Of a stretch of DNA of 64,000 nucleotides, positions 23,684 to 32,994 are shown in pieces (positions within the stretch are counted from its first letter, which is position 1; each line of letters opens with the position of its first letter). The DNA lies in NCBI GenBank assembly GCA_963748215.1, contig CAVVHS010000006.1, forward strand, positions 928,001-992,000, in the 5' to 3' direction. The DNA comes from an uncultured Gammaproteobacteria bacterium. Lineage in GTDB: Bacteria; Pseudomonadota; Gammaproteobacteria; UBA9214. The notes under the pieces are model-generated. The model was not told the origin of the DNA, made no database searches, and worked only from the letters and a program-made list of their open reading frames with translations. A program made the position numbers and the translations under genes.

Positions 23684-24550
23684 TTATCTGCGCCTGGATC
23701 TGCCGCTGGCTGAGCGTTTTTTCGTGCTCGTCTTCTTCCGGGTTGCCGGCAGTGATTTTTTCTTCGCCGCAACCTTCTTCCGGCTGTTAGCAGTGACGGC
23801 TTTCCCTGTGGCTGCGCTGCGGCCGGGTGAAGATTTTTTCTTTACCGCCGCTTTCTTTGCAGTCTTCTTCGTTGGCGGTTTCGCTGCCGCGGCATTCTTC
23901 GCCGCCGATCCCTTTTCCGGGGTTTTTCTGATCGCCTTTTTCTTCTTTGGCTTGCTTTCGACCGCCCCTGCTGCGCGTGAAGCAGCACCGGCGGTTCGAC
24001 TCCGCGAGCCTGCCTTGCGGGCTGCCGGCTGCTTTCGCCCGGCAGCCTTGCGGGTCGGGAATTTCCTGTCCAGCCAGCGGGTCACGACCTGCTTGCTGCT
24101 GGCAAGCTCCTTTTCCATGGTCGCTACAACCGCGGCCAGTGCCCTGCCGCCCTTCGCCACCAGGCTCTCGCCCTGTGCCAGGCGCGTGTCGACCTCATAT
24201 TCGGCGTCGAGCCAGTCCTGTTCCGCTGACCCCCCGTAAAAACCGCGCCGCTCGGCGCGCAGATACGCCGCCTCGCGAATCATGCGCTCGCGTTCCTCGC
24301 TGCTCACCGTGTGGGCGGACAAGGCCGCCCGCGCGGAACGGGAAAGCCCCTTGACGACAATACGCCCGTGACCGACTTCGTGCAGGAATTGCCGCAGGTA
24401 AGGCAGAAAGTCGGCACCGAATTTTTCCACCGCGAATTCACTGAGTTCACGCACACTGCGACCGGTCTCGAGCATATGCTCCAGCGCCGCCTTGAGGTAT
24501 ATCCGTGACGAGTCATAGGTAGTCTTGTCAAGGCGGGAATTGTCATTCAT
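23684..24550 (-). CDS. DUF2934-domain protein with long Lys/Ala/Arg-rich histone-like tail
   Basis: IREAAYLRAERRGF..DWLDAE (DUF2934); about 120 aa basic C-terminus; AGGAGG RBS. Confidence 0.75.
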   Translation of the reverse strand: MNDNSRLDKTTYDSSRIYLKAALEHMLETGRSVRELSEFAVEKFGADFLPYLRQFLHEVGHGRIVVKGLSRSARAALSAHTVSSEERERMIREAAYLRAERRGFYGGSAEQDWLDAEYEVDTRLAQGESLVAKGGRALAAVVATMEKELASSKQVVTRWLDRKFPTRKAAGRKQPAARKAGSRSRTAGAASRAAGAVESKPKKKKAIRKTPEKGSAAKNAAAAKPPTKKTAKKAAVKKKSSPGRSAATGKAVTANSRKKVAAKKKSLPATRKKTSTKKRSASGRSRRR

Positions 24551-24780
24551 GCCGGGCGTCCTCCTGGTAATCCTTGCCTCACTGGCAAAAGGTGCGGCTA
24601 TTCTAGATCGTGCAAAAAACTGGAACAATCGAATTGTGCCGCACGCGGTTATGTAATTGTCAGCCCCGTCGCTCATCGCCAGTCCCTGCAAGGCTGCTGC
24701 CCTGCACAAGGCCTTGCATGACAATGCCGGGCGTGGCGGCACACATGGCCGCCGCGGCCATGCTGCGGCTACAATAGGGC

Positions 24781-25938
24781 ATGCAGCTACCGGACTATCA
24801 GGGCGGGAGTCTCGTCAATCTCATGGCATCCCTGCAGACGGGCCTGGGCGGAGCCGCGCACACCGCTCCGCCGCTGGACCTGCTGGGCCCCACAGAGATT
24901 TACGCCCGCCGCCAGGTGTTGCTGTGGATCATCGACGGGCTGGGCTTCGATTACCTGCGCGCACACCCTCAGGCCGTGCACCTCAATCGCAATCTGCGCG
25001 GCAGCATGACCTCGGTCTATCCGCCCACCACGACGTCAGCGATTACCACCCTGCTCACCGGCATGGCGCCACAGCAGCACGGACTGACCGGCTGGCATAT
25101 GTATTTCAGGGAGCTGGGCAGCATCCTGGCAATCCTGCCGGGCAAGCCGCGCTACGGCGGCGTCGGACTCGGCGCGGCCGGCATCGACACAGCAAAGCTG
25201 CTCGGCCACGTGGCATTTGCCGACCGCATCGGCGTCGAAACCTGCACCATCTCGCCCGCCGGCATCGCCGGTTCCGATTTCAACCTCGCCCATCTCGGGC
25301 GTGCCCGGCTGACGGGCTACCGGGGTCTGGACGGCCTGCTGGACGCGATCGACGCCGTGCTGCACGAGGACGGGCGCCGCTTCGTCCACGCCTACTGGCC
25401 CGAGCTCGACAGCATCGGCCACCGCGAGGGCATCGGCAGCGAAGCCGCCCGCAGCCACCTGCAGGAACTTGACCGGGCCTTCAAGACATTACTGGAAAGG
25501 ATCCGGGGCACCGACACGCTGGTCATCGTGTGCGCCGATCACGGCCAGGTCGACAGTACGCCGGCGAGCCGCCTCAGCCTCGATGGGCATCCCGAACTGC
25601 ACGAGATGCTTGCCCTGCCACTGTGCGGCGAACCACGCTCTGTCTATTGCTACCTGCGACCCGGTTGCGAACAGGACTTCGACAGCTACGTGGAATCCAG
25701 GCTGGCCGGAATAGCGCGCAGCTTTACCGCGTCACACCTGCTCGATCATCACTGGTTCGGGCCCGGGGCACCGCACCCGGAACTGGCGCGGCGGATCGGT
25801 GACCGCATCCTGCTGATGCAGTCGAATTACACCCTGAAGGACTGGCTGCCGCAGGAAAAACGCGTTGAACTGGTCGGTGTGCACGGCGGACTGACGGCCG
25901 ACGAACTGCTGGTCCCGCTGGTCATCGCCGGGGTGTGA
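24781..25938 (+). CDS. Alkaline phosphatase superfamily (nucleotide pyrophosphatase/phosphodiesterase-like) protein
   Basis: IIDGLG, YPPTTTSA (catalytic Thr), LDSIGH, ADHG, GVHGGLT. Confidence 0.85.
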   Translation: MQLPDYQGGSLVNLMASLQTGLGGAAHTAPPLDLLGPTEIYARRQVLLWIIDGLGFDYLRAHPQAVHLNRNLRGSMTSVYPPTTTSAITTLLTGMAPQQHGLTGWHMYFRELGSILAILPGKPRYGGVGLGAAGIDTAKLLGHVAFADRIGVETCTISPAGIAGSDFNLAHLGRARLTGYRGLDGLLDAIDAVLHEDGRRFVHAYWPELDSIGHREGIGSEAARSHLQELDRAFKTLLERIRGTDTLVIVCADHGQVDSTPASRLSLDGHPELHEMLALPLCGEPRSVYCYLRPGCEQDFDSYVESRLAGIARSFTASHLLDHHWFGPGAPHPELARRIGDRILLMQSNYTLKDWLPQEKRVELVGVHGGLTADELLVPLVIAGV

Positions 25939-25965
25939 GCCGGACGCACGGCACTGCCGCCGTGT

Positions 25966-26502
25966 TCAGGGCGCGAGATCGCAACCGCCCGGCCCGGTGG
26001 CTATTTGCTCGCGATACTCGTAGGCCTTTCCTTCCCGGCGCCATACGACATCGCAGGCACCGGCACCGCTCAGTCGCAGATCCGGATAAGCAGAATCACC
26101 CCGCGCCTGCAGGCTATAGGATGTGGCCGGAATACCGAGATTCATTTGCCAGTCGCCGTCCGGCGCCGGGCGGGTGAACAGCCAGACTGAACTGCCGGTC
26201 TCGCCGGACAGGAAAGTATTGCCACCGATGACGAACACCTCGACGCGACCGTCCGCATTGATATCTTCCGGCTGCACGGTAAAGCGGGCCGGCCCGGCAT
26301 CCTCGCCGCCCATCACCAGCAGCTCCTTGCCGTCAGCGCTGCGCGTCAGGCCGAGATAACGATAGATTGCCAGCTGATCGGACTCCGAGAGACCCTGTAC
26401 ATTCGTGGCAAACAGCAGCTTCCAGCCATCGTCGGCATGCACTGTGGATCCGCAGCAGAACAGGACAACAGGGAAAAAGTATCGGCGCAGGTTTTGGTTC
26501 AT
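25966..26502 (-). CDS. Exported hypothetical protein
   Basis: Signal-peptide-like N-terminus, DINADGRVE Ca-binding-like motif, Cys pair. Confidence 0.65.
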   Translation of the reverse strand: MNQNLRRYFFPVVLFCCGSTVHADDGWKLLFATNVQGLSESDQLAIYRYLGLTRSADGKELLVMGGEDAGPARFTVQPEDINADGRVEVFVIGGNTFLSGETGSSVWLFTRPAPDGDWQMNLGIPATSYSLQARGDSAYPDLRLSGAGACDVVWRREGKAYEYREQIATGPGGCDLAP

Positions 26503-26703
26503 TTCGGTCGGTCACACTCCCTGTTTGGCTGACTTGCAGCGGACATTGTCCGTTGCCCGTTCACCGGCCGTCAAGCCGGACAGACTGACGGCGAATCTGC
26601 ATGACACCCGGCGAAATCCGATGGTAGCACGGCTGCGTTCAGCGAGACCTTCAGAAAAAATGTCACGCTCGACCGGGGCGCGGGATTACCGCAGGGACCA
26701 CCC

Positions 26704-27099
26704 TCAGCCTTGCCCTGTCCGGTGCAGCCGCGCCTCGATCTGTTTGCGAGTGAGGGTACCGGGAATGTGCCGGTTGCCCCAGTCGATGATCGCCGACAGC
26801 ACCGGGTAGAGATCCCTGCCCTTTCCAGTCAGCAAGTAACGATAGCGCGGCGGGTGGTCCTGATAGCGATCCTTCACCACAAGCCCGGCGGCCTGCAGGC
26901 GCTTCAGGCGCTCCGCGAGGATGTTGGTGGGAATCCGTTCCGGCGACTGCCGGAACTCGCTGTAGATCGTCTTGCCCAGCAGCAGGTCGCGCACCACCAG
27001 CAAGGTCCACTTGTCGCCGAGCAGATCCAGCGTGCATGCCACCGGGCACGGCGAGCGGCTGCATGCCGTCATCTTCGCGGATTTGCCAATTTTATTCAT
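26704..27099 (-). CDS. HxlR-family winged-helix regulator (start may be 27072)
   Basis: CPVACTLDLLGDKWTLLVVRDL, LAERLKRL, YLLTGKG. Confidence 0.92.
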   Translation of the reverse strand: MNKIGKSAKMTACSRSPCPVACTLDLLGDKWTLLVVRDLLLGKTIYSEFRQSPERIPTNILAERLKRLQAAGLVVKDRYQDHPPRYRYLLTGKGRDLYPVLSAIIDWGNRHIPGTLTRKQIEARLHRTGQG

Positions 27100-27123
27100 G
27101 CAGTTAGCCTAGCATCGGGCAAG

Positions 27124-27181
27124 TGACTTGTAAATTGCAAGTTACTGGGCTAGGCTTTAGTCACTTGCTTTTTGCAAGTCA
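27124..27181. promoter_or_regulatory. Two palindromic operator sites, probably for the HxlR regulator
   Basis: tgACTTGtaaattGCAAGTta (27124-27144) and tcACTTGCtttttGCAAGTca (27161-27181) in the divergent promoter. Confidence 0.7.
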
Positions 27182-27209
27182 TAGGCCATATGGCCCGGGA
27201 GATTCCGTC

Positions 27210-27572
27210 ATGGATATCGAGCTCTACTACACGCCGAACACGCACTCGTCCGGCCACGCTGGAACCGCCGGCATTCGAAATCCTGCTGCAAACGCAAATC
27301 CTGCCGGAAAAACACCGTGTCGGTGCCATTGTCGGCTTCGCGCAGAAAGCTCGCCGGTGCGTGCTGCGCATGCTGGACAGGAAACCGCGCACGGCGGACA
27401 TCTCCTCGGCAAGTCGTTCTGCTGTGCCGACGTCATGTTCGGTACCACCCTGGCCTGGCTGCCCGACAGCCTCGCGCCCTTTGCGGCGCTGCAGGATTAC
27501 GTCGCGCGTGTCACCGCGCGCCCTGCGAACCGCCGCGCCTTGCAACCCGTCCCTGACAACAACAGGAGGTGA
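27210..27572 (+). pseudogene. Glutathione S-transferase remnant (internal deletion and frameshifts)
   Basis: MDIELYYTPNT N-terminus; PATLEPPAFEILLQT in another frame; HLLGKSFCCADVMFG..YVARVTARPANRRA C-terminus; only about 120 codons. Confidence 0.75.
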
Positions 27573-27575
27573 CCC

Positions 27576-28196
27576 ATGACTGCATTCTCCGTTTCGCGCT
27601 ATGAATACTGTCTGCGCAGCAGTGCCCTGCTGGCACTGGTCTGGCTGACCGGCGCTGTAGCCATCAGTGCCAGTGGCCTGCTGGCAGGCACCGAGGGCCC
27701 GCAGCGCCTGCTGATGCCGGGCCTGATCGTTCTACCGGTCGCCGTGTTCGCACTGGCATGGAAATCCAGCACAGACTTCCGCAGCTGGATGACAGGCATC
27801 GATACCGGCCTGCTGGTGATCCTGCACAGCTGGCGCATGGTCGGACTTGGTTTCCTGTTTCTGTATGCGCACGACGTGCTGCCGGGCCTGTTTGCATGGC
27901 TGGCCGGTGTCGGTGACATGCTGGCCGCGTTCGGTGCCATGCTCATCGGCAGCGCGTTACTCAGGGGCAGGCCGGTGCCACGTTCCACCCTGCTGGCCTG
28001 GAACAGTTTCGGCCTGCTGGACTTCGTGATCGCTGTGAGTGTCGGTACGGCCCTGCGCAGCAGCTATTTCGGTGGAGCCGTCTCAACCGACGCCATGGCG
28101 CAGTTACCGCTCAGCCTGGTGCCAACCGTCATCGTGCCGCTGTATGTCATCACGCACCTGGTGATCTTTTTGCAGCTGAGGGAAAGGAAAGCGTAA
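27576..28196 (+). CDS. Conserved inner-membrane hypothetical protein
   Basis: AGGAGG RBS; about 6 TM helices; HSWRMVG, AGVGD, WNSFGLLDF, PLSLVP motifs. Confidence 0.75.
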   Translation: MTAFSVSRYEYCLRSSALLALVWLTGAVAISASGLLAGTEGPQRLLMPGLIVLPVAVFALAWKSSTDFRSWMTGIDTGLLVILHSWRMVGLGFLFLYAHDVLPGLFAWLAGVGDMLAAFGAMLIGSALLRGRPVPRSTLLAWNSFGLLDFVIAVSVGTALRSSYFGGAVSTDAMAQLPLSLVPTVIVPLYVITHLVIFLQLRERKA

Positions 28197-28543
28197 TCTC
28201 GCGCACGACTACAAGGAGAAGGTGAGACCGGGAACCGGTCGAGAAGCTGGCCTGGGCCATGCAGGAGATACGAGTCCATGGATGGACTCGATAGAGCGAA
28301 GCAGGAGAAGGTGAGATCGCGCAACGATCGAGAGACTGGCCTGGGCCAGGCCGGAGCCGAGAGCAATGCAGGGAGCAATTGCCGAGAGACGCAGAGAAAG
28401 AAACGCCACAGAAGGCACAGAGCACACAGAGAAGGTCATTGTCATTCCCGTGCAGGCGGGGATTACATGTATACGTTCTGCGCCTGCCGTGATCCCTGTG
28501 GCAACAATTTGATTTATTTTGCGAGCTCTGCGACTCGCGCGAG
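28197..28543. repeat. Concentric nest of palindromic repeats containing four tiny inserts (2 x 48 nt, 2 x 42 nt)
   Basis: Outer IR tctcgcgca^gagacgcagag / ctctgcgactcgcgcgag; inner IR gccacag / ctgtggc; central gtcattccc hairpin; 180-nt insert block 28206-28385. Confidence 0.8.
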
Positions 28544-28576
28544 TGTCTTTTTCCGGATGTAGCACGCGCGTGATCG

Positions 28577-29722
28577 CTACTCCATCAGGTCGACATGAAT
28601 ACCTCGCGCCTCCAGGGCGTCGGCACGCGCAGCGATATAGCGCTGGAAGTCGGGCTGCTCCAGGTAGGCGCGAGAGGCAACATAGTCCATGGCGGACTGG
28701 GTGTGGAAGGCCTTCAGGTAGGCCTCGGTACGAAATACCTCCCGGTTGTCCGCATCGAAGAACAGCAGTGACGGCGCATACTGCACCTTCAGGTCCCTGG
28801 CCCACTCCGCGATGCTGCTTTTCCGGCCGTCCGTGCGCGACACCGGCGCATTCGACCACATGTCGAGCAGCACCACGTCGAAGCGCGCCAATTGCACGCG
28901 GCTTGCCGGGCGCTGCAGGATGTCCTGGTGCAGCTCATCGCAGGGTGCGCAGTCCGCCTGTTCGAACAGCACCAGCAGCGGCTTGCCGCTGTCACGAGCG
29001 GCCAGGTCGGTGGCGGCCGACAGGAAGGATGCATCGGTGTACAGCTTGCCGCTGGCCGGGGCCGGATCGACCTGTGCCAGATAGCCACGGAAGTCCGGCG
29101 CATCGCCGCTGTATTGCGCGCCATAGTCGAGCGCGGCATTGAACTTGTGCGGCGGGTAGTAGCCATTCAGTCGCAGCACAATCCTGCCCTGTTCGTCCAG
29201 GAACAGCAGGGTCGGCGTGAACATGACGCGCAACTGTTTTGCGAATTCCTTCTCGGTGGTGTGCATTCCCGCCAGATCGGTGACCTCGCGGTCACCCCAC
29301 ATGTTGATGGCGATCACGTCGAAATTGTCGCGCGTGCGCTGCACGGTATCGGCGAGGGCGAAATTGGTATCGAGCAGTTTTTTACAGTAGGGACAGCCGT
29401 CCTGGTAGAAATACAGCAGCACCCGCTTGCCCTGCGCCTGTGCCTCGGCGATGTCCTCGCGGATGTCGAGGAAGGAATTGGCGAACCATTCCGGCTTGTC
29501 CTCGTAACCGGGATTGACCATGCCGGCGGCCAGTTCCGCGACCGGCGGGTTCGCGGTCGAGGCCTCATGCACCGCGGCCTGCATCTCCGGTTCAGCGACG
29601 GCCGGGACCGGCGGCTTGCTGTCGCAGCCGGTCAGCAGCATGACCGCCAGCAACCATCCGGCAACGCCGCGCGCGACCGACACACCCGGCATGCGGACCG
29701 GACCAACCCCTGTTCTGTTCAT
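28577..29722 (-). CDS. SoxW-like tandem thioredoxin-fold lipoprotein
   Basis: Lipobox LLTGC, PEWFANSFLDIREDI, DGCPYC, FTPTLLF, second CAPC domain; start uncertain. Confidence 0.8.
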   Translation of the reverse strand: MNRTGVGPVRMPGVSVARGVAGWLLAVMLLTGCDSKPPVPAVAEPEMQAAVHEASTANPPVAELAAGMVNPGYEDKPEWFANSFLDIREDIAEAQAQGKRVLLYFYQDGCPYCKKLLDTNFALADTVQRTRDNFDVIAINMWGDREVTDLAGMHTTEKEFAKQLRVMFTPTLLFLDEQGRIVLRLNGYYPPHKFNAALDYGAQYSGDAPDFRGYLAQVDPAPASGKLYTDASFLSAATDLAARDSGKPLLVLFEQADCAPCDELHQDILQRPASRVQLARFDVVLLDMWSNAPVSRTDGRKSSIAEWARDLKVQYAPSLLFFDADNREVFRTEAYLKAFHTQSAMDYVASRAYLEQPDFQRYIAARADALEARGIHVDLME

Positions 29723-29816
29723 GGCATGCCTCCACGTGTGCCCTGGCTGATTCTAGCACCTGCCGTCACGGCCGGAAAAAAACGCGCGCCGGCTGCTGAA
29801 CCCTGTCAGCCTGCAT

Positions 29817-30473
29817 TCAGCCTGCCGCCGGGCAGGCAGCGCGCAATACGCACGCCGTGCACGCCGGCCTGACCCGGCAGTGGTCCTTGGCATGACGCAC
29901 GATCAGTGCATGGTATTCCTGGTACAGGCCGACGTCCCGTCCCAGCCTGCGCTCGATGGTCTGCCGCAGCGCGTCATAAGGCTCGTCGCCCGCGCACAAT
30001 GCCAGCCTGGCAAACAGCCGGCGGGTGTAGGCGTCGATCACGAACACCGGCCGGTCGAAGGCATACAGCAGGATGTCGTCCGCCGTCTCGTGACCGATAC
30101 CGTTTACATCCAGCAGCGCGGCACGCAGCGTCCCGGTCTCGAGGCGCGCCAACGCATTGAAGCCGCCGCTGTCCAGATACCAGCGGCAGAAATTCTTCAG
30201 CCGCGCGGCCTTGATATTGAAATACCCGGACGGCCGCAGCCAGCCGGCGAGGTGGTCGCGGCGCGCCGCGACAATGCGGTGCGCGTCAAGCCGGTCGCGT
30301 GTCCGCAGGTTGGCGATGGCCCGCTCGACGTTGCTCCACGCGGTATTCTGCGTCAGCACCGCGCCGACCATGACTTCGAAGGGTGTCTGTGCCGGCCACC
30401 AGTGCTGCGGGCCGTAGGCAGCGAACAGCCGCCGGTAAACCGCGGGCAGCGTCCAGCGCCTGCGCGCGGTCAT
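29817..30473 (-). CDS. Endonuclease III-like HhH-GPD DNA glycosylase
   Basis: GPQHWWP, GAVLTQNTAW, GIGHETAD, VIDAYTRR, C-terminal 4-Cys Fe-S motif. Confidence 0.88.
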   Translation of the reverse strand: MTARRRWTLPAVYRRLFAAYGPQHWWPAQTPFEVMVGAVLTQNTAWSNVERAIANLRTRDRLDAHRIVAARRDHLAGWLRPSGYFNIKAARLKNFCRWYLDSGGFNALARLETGTLRAALLDVNGIGHETADDILLYAFDRPVFVIDAYTRRLFARLALCAGDEPYDALRQTIERRLGRDVGLYQEYHALIVRHAKDHCRVRPACTACVLRAACPAAG

Positions 30474-31264
30474 CTCCGCGTGCGTTGTCCGCGCCGTGCC
30501 GGCGCGCGGCGCGGCGGTGGCGGCCTGGGAGCCGGCAGTCGCACGGCGGCGTACAGGGCCTCGACCTCCTGCCGGGCAAGATCGCGGAACCGGCCGGCGC
30601 GCAATTCCGGTGGCAGGCCGATGGGGCCGAAACGCACCCGGATCAGGCGGCTGACCTGCACGCCCTGGGATTCCCAAAGCCGGCGCACCTCGCGGTTGCG
30701 GCCTTCGCGGACGGTCACGTGGTACCAGTGGTTCGCGCCCTGCCCACCCGCATCCCGGATGGTGCCGAAGGCGGCCATGCCATCATCGAGCATCACGCCT
30801 TCCATCAGGTTCAGCAGCACCTGCTCGCCCACGTTACCCAGCACACGCACCGCGTACTCGCGCTCGATCTCATAGGACGGGTGCATGAGGCGGTGCGCGA
30901 GTTCGCCGTCTGTGGTCACCAGCAGCAGGCCGGCGGTGTTGAAATCGAGGCGGCCGATGGTGATCCAGCGACTGTTCCTGATCTTCGGCAGGCTGTCGAA
31001 TACCGTGGGGCGTCCGGCCTCGTCCTTGCGCGTGGTGATTTCGCCGGCCGGTTTGTGATAGATCATCGTGCGCGGCTCCGGCGCGGTCGCCGCCAGCGTT
31101 ACCAGTCGACCGTCGACCTGGATGCGGTCGCGGTCGGTGACGCTGATGCCGAGCTCCGCCGGCTGGTCGTTTACCGTGATCCTGCCGGCACGGATCCAGT
31201 CCTCGATCTCACGCCGGGAGCCGAGGCCGGCGCGGGCCAGCACTTTTTGCAGACGTTCAGCCAT
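30470..31264 (-). CDS. rluB: 23S rRNA pseudouridine synthase B
   Basis: S4 domain ERLQKVLA..GSRRE, GRLDFNTAGLLL, EGRNREVRRLWE. Confidence 0.92.
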   Translation of the reverse strand: MAERLQKVLARAGLGSRREIEDWIRAGRITVNDQPAELGISVTDRDRIQVDGRLVTLAATAPEPRTMIYHKPAGEITTRKDEAGRPTVFDSLPKIRNSRWITIGRLDFNTAGLLLVTTDGELAHRLMHPSYEIEREYAVRVLGNVGEQVLLNLMEGVMLDDGMAAFGTIRDAGGQGANHWYHVTVREGRNREVRRLWESQGVQVSRLIRVRFGPIGLPPELRAGRFRDLARQEVEALYAAVRLPAPRPPPPRRAPARRGQRTRR

Positions 31265-31298
31265 GGGATTTTACGGGCACCCCGCAACGGGGCGGGAG

Positions 31299-31997
31299 TC
31301 AGTGCAGGGTGGCGCCGCTTTCGCCTTCAGACGCCTCGTTGACCGGCGCCGGTTCCGCCGCTTCCGCATCATTGACGGCATCGGCTTCCGTGCCTTCCCC
31401 GGCATCGGCCGACTCGACCAGCAGCCCGGGTATCTCACTGAGATCGAGCTGCAGTTCCTTGCCGATGGCATTCAGGTCGCGCAGTTCGGCCAGCGAAGGC
31501 AATTCGTCCAGGTTTTTCAGGCTGAAGTAGTTGAGGAACTGCCGGGTGGTACCGTACATCGCCGGACGGCCCGGCACGTCTCGGTGACCGACCACCTGCA
31601 CCCATTCGCGTTCCTGCAGGGTCTTCATGATGTTGGTGCTGACGGTGACACCGCGCACCTCCTCGATCTCGCCGCGCGTGATCGGCTGCCGGTAGGCGAT
31701 CAGGGCGAGTGTCTCCAGCAGCGCGCGCGAATAGCGCGCCGGTTTCTCTTCCCACAGCCGCCCGACCCAGGCCTGCATGGTCTCGCGCACCTGGATACGG
31801 TAGCCGCCGCCGACCTCGACCAGCGCAATGCCGCGGCCCTCGTAGTCGGCAGCGAGCAACGCGACCGCCTCGCGGATGGCGTCGCGCCCGGGTTTTTCGT
31901 GCTCCTCGAACATGACCAGTAACTGGTCGATGTTCAGTGGACGTCCGGCGGCCAGCAGCATGGCCTCGATGATCAGTTTCAGTTGTTCGTTTTCCAT
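31299..31997 (-). CDS. scpB: SMC-ScpAB subunit ScpB
   Basis: YSRALLETLALIAYRQPITRGEIEEVRGV, PGRPAMYGTT. Confidence 0.95.
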   Translation of the reverse strand: MENEQLKLIIEAMLLAAGRPLNIDQLLVMFEEHEKPGRDAIREAVALLAADYEGRGIALVEVGGGYRIQVRETMQAWVGRLWEEKPARYSRALLETLALIAYRQPITRGEIEEVRGVTVSTNIMKTLQEREWVQVVGHRDVPGRPAMYGTTRQFLNYFSLKNLDELPSLAELRDLNAIGKELQLDLSEIPGLLVESADAGEGTEADAVNDAEAAEPAPVNEASEGESGATLH

Positions 31998-32008
31998 GAT
32001 GTTCCGGA

Positions 32009-32890
32009 TCAGGCGGTAGCCGGCTCGTCGGCGGCCGCTTCGGCTGGTGATTCCTCGGGTTGTTCGACACGCGTGGCGGCCTTGACGTAAATCGGTGCAA
32101 ACGGCTCCGCCTGCGCCAGCTCGATGAGCGATTCCTTGACCAGTTCCAGGACTGCCAGGAACGACACCACCACACCCATGCGCCCTTCCTCGATGGTGAA
32201 CAGGTCGGTAAAGCTGGTGAAGCGATTGGCACTGACCATGCTCAGCACATTCGACATGCGCTCGCGCACCGACAGCGCCTCCATCTGCACGTGGTGGTGG
32301 TTATACAACGAGGCGCGTTGCATGACCTCCCGGAAGGCCGCGATCAGGTCATTCAGATCCACCTCCGGCGGCAACCTGACCACCTTCTGTTCGGGCGCTT
32401 CGGCCTCGGCCTGGAACACGTCGCGGCCCAGCCGCGGCAGTGCATCGATATCCTCCGCCGCCTGCTTGTAGCGTTCGTATTCCTGCAGGCGCCGGATCAG
32501 CTCGGCGCGCGGATCTTCCTCGTCCTCCTCCACGCCGGCCGGGCGCGGCAGCAGCATGCGCGACTTGATCTCGGCGAGCATGGCGGACATGACCAGGTAC
32601 TCGCCGGCCAGCTCGAGCTGCATTTCCTGCATGAGTTCAATATATTCAACATATTGGCGCGTGATTTCGGCGACCGGGATATCGATGATATCGATGTTTT
32701 CCTTGCGGATCAGGTACAGCAACAGGTCCAGCGGACCCTCGAAGGCCTCGAGGAACACCTGCAGCGCATCGGGCGGAATGTAGAGATCGTGCGGCAGGGA
32801 GTCGAGACTTCGGCCCTTGACGATTGCGAGGGGCAGTTCTTCCTGGCGCTGGATATCGGGGGATACTTCTTGTCCTGGATGTTCGCTCAT
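32009..32890 (-). CDS. scpA: SMC-ScpAB kleisin ScpA
   Basis: FEGPLDLLLYLI, AEIKSRMLLP, FLAVLELVK. Confidence 0.95.
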   Translation of the reverse strand: MSEHPGQEVSPDIQRQEELPLAIVKGRSLDSLPHDLYIPPDALQVFLEAFEGPLDLLLYLIRKENIDIIDIPVAEITRQYVEYIELMQEMQLELAGEYLVMSAMLAEIKSRMLLPRPAGVEEDEEDPRAELIRRLQEYERYKQAAEDIDALPRLGRDVFQAEAEAPEQKVVRLPPEVDLNDLIAAFREVMQRASLYNHHHVQMEALSVRERMSNVLSMVSANRFTSFTDLFTIEEGRMGVVVSFLAVLELVKESLIELAQAEPFAPIYVKAATRVEQPEESPAEAAADEPATA

Positions 32891-32994
32891 TGACTACCCT
32901 GTGTCGGGATTCGAGTGAACGACCGCAGCCGTTCGCGGAATACTACCCCATCCCCGCTTGAATGTCGCGTTTACCGGCGGCTTTTCCGCACCGT

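Noticed and set aside
28206-28385. CRISPR mini-array or a CsrB/RsmZ sRNA gene
   Set aside because: Only two 42-nt copies, no cas genes, no terminator; the exact nested-insertion parse explains the GGA richness better.
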